Positions 47,097 to 54,307 of a stretch of DNA of 54,307 bases are shown in pieces. Within the stretch, counting starts at the first letter, position 1; each line of letters begins with the position of its first letter. The DNA lies in the NCBI GenBank assembly GCA_050943215.1, contig JBMNOU010000006.1, positions 1 to 54,307 of the forward strand, written 5' to 3'. The notes under the pieces were generated by a model. That model ran no database searches. It saw nothing but the letters and a program-made list of their open reading frames with translations, and was not told the origin of the DNA. A program made the translations under genes and the position numbers. The stretch is from Christensenellales bacterium. GTDB lineage: Bacteria > Bacillota > Clostridia > Christensenellales > SZUA-584.

Positions 47097-48284
47097 ATGA
47101 AACCGCAGCATAAACCGTATTTTATCTATCCACCCGTCATAGCGATATCACTATATTATTCGGTTATAGGGTATATGGTTCCCGAGATCAGAAAAACCCT
47201 TATTATCTCACTTACTCAGGCGGGGCTAATTTCATCAGCCCAGTCGATCGGCATCGCTGTTTCCGTTATGCTGTGTTTTTGTTTGTTTTCGGCCTTCAAC
47301 AAAACGAAGATTATGGCCGCAGCCTCGTTTCTCTTTGCACTGGGTATGATTATTCTGGGTTCATGTTCAACGATTTACTTGATATATGCTTTATGTTTTC
47401 TTATCGGTATCTTTTCGAATATTGTCGATGTAATGTCGAATGCAATTATTGCAGACATATCTCCGGACAGAAAAATATTTCATATCGGGCTCTTGCAAGC
47501 GCTTTTTTCCGCAGCGGGTGCAGCCGCACCGTATCTTGCAATGTTTCTTGGGGAGAAATACCCTGTTGTGTTCCGTAGCCTTGGAATATTTGCTATGCTG
47601 GTTTCATTCATATTTTTATTCGGCCTTTGGGATGAGGCAAAAAAGCCGACATTACTGGCACGGCATCACATCGGTACTACCGGTAAGCTGATAAGCACAC
47701 TTAGAAAAAAAGGGATAAAGCTTATCGTGGCCGTAAATTTTTTCAATTCGTTTTCGCAGATCAGCATCATCTTTTTTATTTCTAGCTATGTCAGTCGCTT
47801 AACGGGCAACTCTTCCGACGGTGCCCTAGCGCTTTGCATGCTGTTTGTCGGATGTATCCTTGGACGTCTTGTCTATGTGAAGTTGTCGCGCAAAATCTCC
47901 ACATATAGAATCATGTCGTTTGCCAATATAACCGCTTTGGCGGCGTTTATCATGATGCTATTTAGCCAAGATGCACTTGCTGCCGGAGTGTTTGCCTGCA
48001 TCGGTGGTATGGGGTTTTCTGTGAATTTCCCAGGTCTTGTTGTCGAAGCCTGCAACATTGTACGCAAGGATACGGCGGCGGCAACATCGCTTATATTCAT
48101 AGGTTATGCCGCGGCATGTCTCATTGCACCGCCAGTTATCGGTTCGATCGGGGACGCATGGGGATTAAGACCCGGCCTTATACTCAGCGCAGCTATGCTT
48201 ATTCCAGTGGTGATTATATCATTCGTTATGCAGAAAACCTTGCCTAAAGCCAACGCTAATGTTTTAATCGATGAAAGTCTGTAA
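47097..48284 (+). CDS. MFS transporter
   Basis: About 12 TMs in ~395 aa; P.IG.I.D..G motif. Confidence 0.85.
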   Translation: MKPQHKPYFIYPPVIAISLYYSVIGYMVPEIRKTLIISLTQAGLISSAQSIGIAVSVMLCFCLFSAFNKTKIMAAASFLFALGMIILGSCSTIYLIYALCFLIGIFSNIVDVMSNAIIADISPDRKIFHIGLLQALFSAAGAAAPYLAMFLGEKYPVVFRSLGIFAMLVSFIFLFGLWDEAKKPTLLARHHIGTTGKLISTLRKKGIKLIVAVNFFNSFSQISIIFFISSYVSRLTGNSSDGALALCMLFVGCILGRLVYVKLSRKISTYRIMSFANITALAAFIMMLFSQDALAAGVFACIGGMGFSVNFPGLVVEACNIVRKDTAAATSLIFIGYAAACLIAPPVIGSIGDAWGLRPGLILSAAMLIPVVIISFVMQKTLPKANANVLIDESL

Positions 48285-48312
48285 TAAAGCATGATATTAC
48301 GCATAAAAAGCC

Positions 48313-48412
48313 TTGACACACACGGCAGGAATGATTAAAATATTATCTGCATGTTTATCGTTCACTAGCCCCGTTCGGTACCTGCAAACGAAATAAAATG
48401 GGTGGACAACAT
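48313..48412 (+). promoter_or_regulatory. rplM promoter and L13-leader-like region
   Basis: TTGACA-17-TAAAAT; leader contains CACTAGCCCC upstream of rplM-rpsI. Confidence 0.6.
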
Positions 48413-48427
48413 TAGGAGGATAGCCTT

Positions 48428-48880
48428 ATGAAATCATATATGGCAAATCCCGGCTCCATTGAACGCAAATGGTATGTCATCGATGCTGAAGGAATGGTTT
48501 TCGGCAGAATGGCCAGCCAGATTGCTTCAATCTTAAGAGGAAAACACAAGCCGGAGTTTACGCCGCACGTGGACACAGGTGATTACGTCATAGTTATTAA
48601 TGCCGAAAAAGTTGTTTTTACAGGCAATAAGCTTCAACAGAAAGTTTACAGACGCCATTCTGGTTATGTAGGAAGCATGAAAGAAACAAAATACGAATAC
48701 CTTATGCAAGAAAGACCCGAGTTTGCAATGTATGAAGCGGTTCGTCGTATGCTACCTAAAAACAAACTCGGCAGACAGATGCTTAAGAAATTAAGGATAT
48801 ATAAAGGATCCGAGCATGAACACGCGGCACAAAAGCCCGAGCTTTTGCAGCTTGCAGGCGCTAAGAGGAGGAATAAATAG
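48428..48880 (+). CDS. rplM: 50S ribosomal protein L13
   Basis: [24 protein letters not shown]. Confidence 0.99.
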   Translation: MKSYMANPGSIERKWYVIDAEGMVFGRMASQIASILRGKHKPEFTPHVDTGDYVIVINAEKVVFTGNKLQQKVYRRHSGYVGSMKETKYEYLMQERPEFAMYEAVRRMLPKNKLGRQMLKKLRIYKGSEHEHAAQKPELLQLAGAKRRNK

Positions 48881-49272
48881 TGGCAAAAGTACAGTATTTA
48901 GGTACAGGAAGAAGAAAAAGCTCTATCGCAAGGGTCATCTTATCGCCTGGAGACGGAAAAATAATCATTAATACAAAAGAGATAGACGCTTATTTTGGAT
49001 ATGAAACGCTGATCATGCTTGTCAGGTCGCCACTGGTTCTGACCGAATGTCTGGGGAAATATGATGTCTTCGTCAACGTTAAAGGAGGCGGATTTACAGG
49101 TCAGGCAGGAGCTATCCGTCACGGCATATCAAGGGCACTGATAAAAGCAGAACCTGACTTTAGGTTAATGCTGAAAAAAGCAGGGTTTTTAACGCGAGAT
49201 TCCAGAATGAAAGAAAGAAAGAAATATGGCTTAAAGGCCGCACGGCGTGCACCTCAGTTCTCAAAAAGATAA
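48880..49272 (+). CDS. rpsI: 30S ribosomal protein S9
   Basis: [27 protein letters not shown]. Confidence 0.99.
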   Translation: MAKVQYLGTGRRKSSIARVILSPGDGKIIINTKEIDAYFGYETLIMLVRSPLVLTECLGKYDVFVNVKGGGFTGQAGAIRHGISRALIKAEPDFRLMLKKAGFLTRDSRMKERKKYGLKAARRAPQFSKR

Positions 49273-49322
49273 TACTTTTTTCGAACCAGATGCGGCTTTG
49301 CTATCGCCGTATCTGTTATATA

Positions 49323-49353
49323 TTAAGCGGGCTTTTAAGCCCGCTTTTATTTT
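49323..49353 (+). terminator. Terminator after rpsI
   Basis: AAGCGGGCTT-tt-AAGCCCGCTT followed by TTATTTT. Confidence 0.8.
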
Positions 49354-49379
49354 ACCGCTTAATAGTTTTGGAAACGCAA

Positions 49380-50464
49380 TTATTCTTCCCGCTCGCACAA
49401 CAGCATTGTCACATCGTCCGCTTTTGTCTGTGTAAACTTTAATTTGATTTCATCAAGCAGTTTTTGGCCGCGTAAGTCTTCGTTTGTTAGAATTGTTTGC
49501 AGCTTCAAGTTTGTCGCATCTCCAGTATGTATTCCATCAAGTCCGTCTGTATAAAGAAATAGCCTCTCTTTTTTTCAAGCATACCGCTTAATTCTTCGCG
49601 TTTGTGAGAACTGGCCCATCGGCATATCGGTGTGCCCGGCAGAAACAGCTCTTCAACCTGGCCTTTTTTGGTTATCAAAGGCGGTACGCTATGGCCGGCG
49701 TTAGCGTAGACAAATGCACCTGAGGACGGATCTAAAGCCAGAATAAAAATCGTAATGTAAATGCTCTCTTCCGTATTGAGCTCTTCGAATGAATCCTGAA
49801 TGTTTTTCAGCACTTGAATGGGAGATATGTTGGGCACTTTGCATTGCGCGAACATCTCTTGGCGTAGGTATACTGTCAGCATGGCAGGCATAACGCCGTG
49901 ACCTGATACATCCGCAATATACATGATGATACGTCCGTCCCGGGCAAGAAAGCAATCGTACATATCTCCACCAAGGGCTTCGCACGGTAAAAACTCAGCA
50001 TAGAATGAATACCCCTCAATTTCCGGCAAGTTGTGGCGCAGAATGGAAAGCTGCAAACTCCTGGCAATCTCAAGATCGTTCATCATACGAGAATTATTGG
50101 CCAATAATTTTTCTTTCAAATTTTGTCCATGTGTGATATCCGTAAATATTTCAAGTGAATAAGTTTCGTTATTATAAAAAACTGGCCCTGCGCTGACCGA
50201 ATAAACCCGGCCTTTTACCCTTCTTATTGTGCTATATCTGCGTCCGTCTCTGATGCATTTCTGTGCAATACAATCATCGCAATAACTTGCAGCACCCGGT
50301 ATCTTGTTACATCTTTCTCCTTGGTCGTTACCGAACCTTAATTTAATCGCATTGTTTGAATAGAGTATTGTTCCATCCGCATCGATCACGCGCACCATAT
50401 CCGGTATTTCATCCAAGACGGCTACAGAAAAAGCATTCGAACAAAATGCCTGCGCCTTATGCAT
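49380..50464 (-). pseudogene. PAS plus PP2C (SpoIIE/RsbU-like) phosphatase, frameshifted at A7 run 49575-49569
   Basis: GGD.YD, ADVSGHG and NAGH in frame 0; LFLYTDG and DDVT only in the -1 frame, ending at 49380. Confidence 0.85.
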
Positions 50465-50500
50465 AATATTACCCCTACACTGACCCTATGTTTGTTGCCT

Positions 50501-50755
50501 TTAACCTTTAAAATACTTCTCTTTCATCTCATGGAGCATCATTTCATCAACAATCAATTTATCTAGCACGTCGCTTTGCTTTAAGATCCTTTTATCTGTC
50601 CCCATATTAAAATCGCCTTTTTCAAAAAGTTCTAAAACCATTGCCTCTAATTTTTTTTGTTCTCTTGACAAACTTTCCAAAATCCTAATTCTTTCTTTAC
50701 CCAAAATTGTACGATTTATATCATTTCCATTATTTGATTCTATAAATTGATGCAT
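50501..50755 (-). CDS. Spo0E-like aspartyl-phosphate phosphatase family protein
   Basis: Two-helix small protein with ILKQSDVLDKLI resembling the SQELD.LI signature. Confidence 0.6.
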   Translation of the reverse strand: MHQFIESNNGNDINRTILGKERIRILESLSREQKKLEAMVLELFEKGDFNMGTDKRILKQSDVLDKLIVDEMMLHEMKEKYFKG

Positions 50756-50992
50756 ATGGTCGTTCCCCCCATAAATATATGAAACTGCCTTGTAAGATTA
50801 ACGTTTCTTACGTATCAGATTGCATTACGAAATACATTATTATATTTTTATAATCAGTTAGCTTATTAATTGATCGTTATTATATTTATCGTTTACTGGA
50901 TTTCCAAGTGCAATACTAAGAAAACGCTATTTACGATAACTTTCATCACTAGCTAGTATAATATCACACATCCTATTATTGTTGTATATACT

Positions 50993-50999
50993 TTCGACA
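50993..50999 (-). promoter_or_regulatory. Spo0A-box-like site
   Basis: TGTCGAA on minus strand in the AT-rich region upstream of the Spo0E-like gene; a 7-mer can occur by chance. Confidence 0.35.
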
Positions 51000-51167
51000 A
51001 AAAAAGTGTAAAATACACACGAAAGAATTATAATATAATGTAAAATTCGGTTGAGTTATCATAATATTGTAGCTTTTTTAGATATTGTAGGCTTATTCGT
51101 TTGATAAAAATAAAGATAAAATTATAACAAAAACTATACATTATTAAAAATGGTATTGTAATAATCA

Positions 51168-51385
51168 GGCTTAGTCCATCGCCTACGGGCACGTGCAATC
51201 CGCACTCGTCTTACTGTTTCTTAATTTCAGCTATCCTTCCTAGCCGATGCCCCTATTCACCTTCACATCTGAGCTCCGGATGCAAGCGGCAGCTTAGCCC
51301 AAGGTCAGCTATTAAGCGGATAAAACGGTGACGATCTAAACCCACACATAAACTTCCCGTAAAAGGGAAGCAGGCTGGATCTCTA
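51168..51385 (+). ncRNA. Structured ncRNA, CsfG-like
   Basis: Nested stems whose G-U pairs work only on the + strand; pyrimidine-rich internal loops; higher GC than flank; family call is from recall only. Confidence 0.6.
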
Positions 51386-51412
51386 GCGTCTTAAAGCTTT
51401 TGGTGTTAAGCG

Positions 51413-52342
51413 TTATTTGCCCGCTTTAACCAGCCCCTGGTCATATACACATCTTGGGAAGCTATGGCTTTGCGATTCAAATCTTTTACCGTTCATGTAC
51501 ATGTATTCATGGCCATTGCCTACTTCAAACATAACCGTCTTGAGCCAAAGCGCAATATGATCGGCACCGGTTTTTTTGTTGAACCTTTTATCTCCGTAAA
51601 CACTGTCGCCAACAATCGGCAGCCCATCAAAAGCAAGATGGGCTCTTACCTGATGCAGAAAATTAGTTACTGGCCTAACTCTTAGCAGTGACATCTCGTC
51701 TCTAACCAAGAGTGCAGTATACCGCGTCACAATCGGTTTTGCATCTTTTTGATGTTTATCTAATATAGCAACATGCTTTTTTGCCTTGTTCTGAGTAAGA
51801 TATGCCATCAGTTCGTCGCCTTCCTCGGCATGTCCTTTGACTGGACAAACATAATATCTTATAATCCTACGTTGGTTTAACGCTTCAACTAAAAATAAGT
51901 AAGCGTCTTCATGCTTAGCGAAAAGAAGCAGACCGCTCACGTATTTTTCAAGAGGATAAATCAGATATGGAACGAGCAGCGCTCTAAGGCTATACTGCCC
52001 CTTTTGCTTCATTAATTCTTCTACCATATTTACCACGTTGGGTTCCCCTGCTTCCGAAACCGTCGGTAGCCCTGCGGGTTTGTCAACAAAAACGAAATTT
52101 TCGTCCTGATATACATTTTTTGGTATCAGGTTAACGCCTAAAATATCGCCTGTTACAAATATTCGAATCACGTCCCCCGTCTTTACGGTATCATCTCCGT
52201 AAGCCTTTTGTCCGTTAAGCGTGATATCACCCGCTTTAAATGCCGCTTTAAATGCTTTTGGCGAGAAATCCGGATACATTTCTTCCAGCAAACCAGCCAG
52301 CTCTATACCGTTGTACGTTTTTTGTACTGTCAAAGAAACCAT
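51413..52342 (-). CDS. RluA-family pseudouridine synthase-like protein with degenerate active site
   Basis: S4-like N-term, DKPAGL, SGLLLFAK, HQVRAHLA..G.PIVGD..YG; HRLD replaced by YPLE. Confidence 0.8.
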   Translation of the reverse strand: MVSLTVQKTYNGIELAGLLEEMYPDFSPKAFKAAFKAGDITLNGQKAYGDDTVKTGDVIRIFVTGDILGVNLIPKNVYQDENFVFVDKPAGLPTVSEAGEPNVVNMVEELMKQKGQYSLRALLVPYLIYPLEKYVSGLLLFAKHEDAYLFLVEALNQRRIIRYYVCPVKGHAEEGDELMAYLTQNKAKKHVAILDKHQKDAKPIVTRYTALLVRDEMSLLRVRPVTNFLHQVRAHLAFDGLPIVGDSVYGDKRFNKKTGADHIALWLKTVMFEVGNGHEYMYMNGKRFESQSHSFPRCVYDQGLVKAGK

Positions 52343-52519
52343 ATGCCGCTCCTTATAATCAAATACAACAAAACTGATACTATTACAGTCATGATCAATA
52401 GTCAAGAAAGACGTATATTGGAATAGAAATAATCTGTAAACATATTTTTGATTGGTTTTACAACATAATTATTTATGGTATAATATCTATCGGTAATCAT
52501 AAGAAAAGAGGATTGTTTT

Positions 52520-53377
52520 ATGCTTCCCATTTGGCGTAACAGGCCGTTAATGGTCACTATCATCATCATTATCATATTGCTTGTTGCGCTGGTCATGACG
52601 GCAGGGGATCATAATATGTCCGGAACCGAGAGTGTAGTCGGCAGTATACTCTCTCCTGTCCAGAACGCATTTTATTCTGCAACGGATGCCATCGCAGATT
52701 TTTTTTCGCGGATATTCTCGGGTAAAGATCTGCAAACTCAAAATTTAGAGCTTCAGGCCGAGGTTGCCGAGCTTAAAGGACAGCTGCAACATTATAATGA
52801 AATCAAACAGGAAAATAAACGTCTGGCCAATCTGCTCAATTTTGATACTGAAACTGCAAATTTACAGTACGTAACGGCCAGAGTCATCGGTAAAGCTCCA
52901 GGGCATTGGTTTAATAAATTCATTATCAATGTCGGCCTCTTAGACGGTATTCAAGTGGACATGCCCATCGTCAACGGCGATGGACTTGTGGGAAGAGTGG
53001 TTGCAACTGGCGCAAATTGGAGCCGGATTATGACGATTGTTGATTCGTCAAGCGGAGTATCCGCCATTGTCGAACGTACAAGAGACATTGGCATACTCAC
53101 CGGAATAGTTTTTTCGGGAGATGAGAAGAACGCTTATTTGACGATGAGCTATCTGCCGCTTAATGCCGACCTTGTACCCGGAGACACAGTGATTTCGTCC
53201 GGATTAGCGGGTGTTTTCCCCAAGGGTATTCGTATAGGAGAGGTAATTGAAGTCAGTGAGAATGAAGATGGTATGAAAAACGAAGCAGTAGTTTCACCAT
53301 GGGTAGATTTTTACCATCTGGAAGAAGTGATGGTCATCACATCTAAACTGATAGACGTAAATGGAGCGCTTAAATGA
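52520..53377 (+). CDS. mreC: Rod shape-determining protein MreC
   Basis: TM, coiled coil EN.RL..LL, GLVGRV, SGL.GVFP.GI.IG.V. Confidence 0.95.
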   Translation: MLPIWRNRPLMVTIIIIIILLVALVMTAGDHNMSGTESVVGSILSPVQNAFYSATDAIADFFSRIFSGKDLQTQNLELQAEVAELKGQLQHYNEIKQENKRLANLLNFDTETANLQYVTARVIGKAPGHWFNKFIINVGLLDGIQVDMPIVNGDGLVGRVVATGANWSRIMTIVDSSSGVSAIVERTRDIGILTGIVFSGDEKNAYLTMSYLPLNADLVPGDTVISSGLAGVFPKGIRIGEVIEVSENEDGMKNEAVVSPWVDFYHLEEVMVITSKLIDVNGALK

Positions 53378-53895
53378 GATTTATTATTTTGTTTTTCGTT
53401 ACGGTAATCAACCTCGGTTTTGCCGGAACCGTCTTTCCAAACATCAATATCATGGGTATTGCACCGGATTTAATCATTTGTACGATTGCATCGATGGCCA
53501 TTCTGGAGAAAAGCATGATTGGCGCTGTTATCGGCCTTGTTTGCGGACTCGTGCTTGATTTATTCACGGGGGATATCGGGTTTTACGCAATTCCATATTT
53601 CGTTTCGGGCGCCATGATATTTTTCGTACGTAAAAGCGTCAATTATATTGATAAATTTTTATTGCCGGCTTTATTTGCGATGGGCGCTTACGTTATAAAA
53701 GAGCTGCTATTTGCACTACTAGCATACATGATGAATGCAAAATTTTCTCTATCGTATATGTTTATTCGATATATCTTGCCCGAAGCGGTGCTAACCGGCT
53801 TATTCATGCTGCTAATTCATTTTATCTTTTCTAAATTATATCGATCCGGCTCCATCAGACCAAAAGCCCAGGAAGATATTAAAAAGCTGCTATAA
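53374..53895 (+). CDS. mreD: Rod shape-determining protein MreD
   Basis: Hydrophobic; PDL and GL..D motifs; follows mreC. Confidence 0.9.
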   Translation: MRFIILFFVTVINLGFAGTVFPNINIMGIAPDLIICTIASMAILEKSMIGAVIGLVCGLVLDLFTGDIGFYAIPYFVSGAMIFFVRKSVNYIDKFLLPALFAMGAYVIKELLFALLAYMMNAKFSLSYMFIRYILPEAVLTGLFMLLIHFIFSKLYRSGSIRPKAQEDIKKLL

Positions 53896-53984
53896 TGATA
53901 ATTGCGCGTTGTTTGAACGTCGTTTTGAATCATGATATAATAGATTCCGGGCGGTTATCTGCTAAAGGTAAGGAGTAGATTCTC

Positions 53985-54307
53985 ATGAAAAAAAGGAATA
54001 GTGACAATGATGCTGTGAAAGAGCCCACACGAGTCAACTCAAAAAGTAAATTCACCAGTGAGCAATCCAATACAGATCTGATTAAAGAAACATCCGATAA
54101 CACTGCATTATCGAAAAAAAAACAAAGAGAACTGGAAAAGCAGCAGATAAAAGATATCCGAGCTCTAAACGAAAAGTACAGGCAAGATTCTTTCGAGCAA
54201 AAACAAAGCAGAAAGGCGGCCCTTTTTCTACTTTCCAAAGAAGAAAGGAAAGCTTTTTTATTATCGGAAAAAGAAGAGAAATTAAAGAAAAAACAACATG
54301 CAAATAC
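53985..54307 (+). CDS. Partial ORF running off the window; Lys/Glu-rich N-terminus
   Basis: AAGGAG RBS, ATG at 53985, open to window end; identity not determinable (PBP2 is plausible by synteny only). Confidence 0.5.
   Translation, partial: MKKRNSDNDAVKEPTRVNSKSKFTSEQSNTDLIKETSDNTALSKKKQRELEKQQIKDIRALNEKYRQDSFEQKQSRKAALFLLSKEERKAFLLSEKEEKLKKKQHAN

Noticed and set aside
51190-51295. SRP RNA or 6S RNA identity for the ncRNA (TGCAATCCGC; TCCGGATGCAAGCGGC)
   Set aside because: The GNRA-capped SRP helix is broken and the Alu 5' end is absent; the closing stem is too short for a typical 6S. Not excluded without cmscan.

Overview
The window reads as chromosomal DNA from an endospore-forming Clostridia-like Firmicute (tlp, bofA, yaaT, a Spo0E-like gene, sigE/sigK-type promoters; the taxonomy is inference). 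About 13 kb (5538-18655) is a defective prophage at the 3' end of the tmRNA gene. It appears to be a fusion of two elements. The inner one has a tyrosine integrase, a membrane protein, an S24 repressor and a truncated cro. The outer one has a 10-codon integrase stump, a double-HTH repressor, cro, and recombination/replication genes through terS. The late genes and the second att site are missing, and terS abuts a xylulokinase 3' fragment at an apparent microhomology. The most novel-looking signal is an unannotated 36-aa ORF antisense to the outer repressor's 3' end. It has a strong RBS, an SOS-box-like site, and resemblance to the repressor's own C-terminal helix, so it is a candidate SinI-like antirepressor. 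The rest is mostly housekeeping (smpB, rnr, secG, fba, mnmA, tmk, holB, yaaT, ferredoxin, tRNA-Gly, hom, coaX, panT, rarA, rplM, rpsI, mreCD). Other points of interest are a PAS-PP2C gene split at an in-phase A_AAA_AAG, a ~210-nt structured ncRNA (CsfG-like), a catalytically degenerate RluA, a pan-motif-like leader and a tiny phage sRNA. All calls come from reading the sequence by eye; no searches were run.
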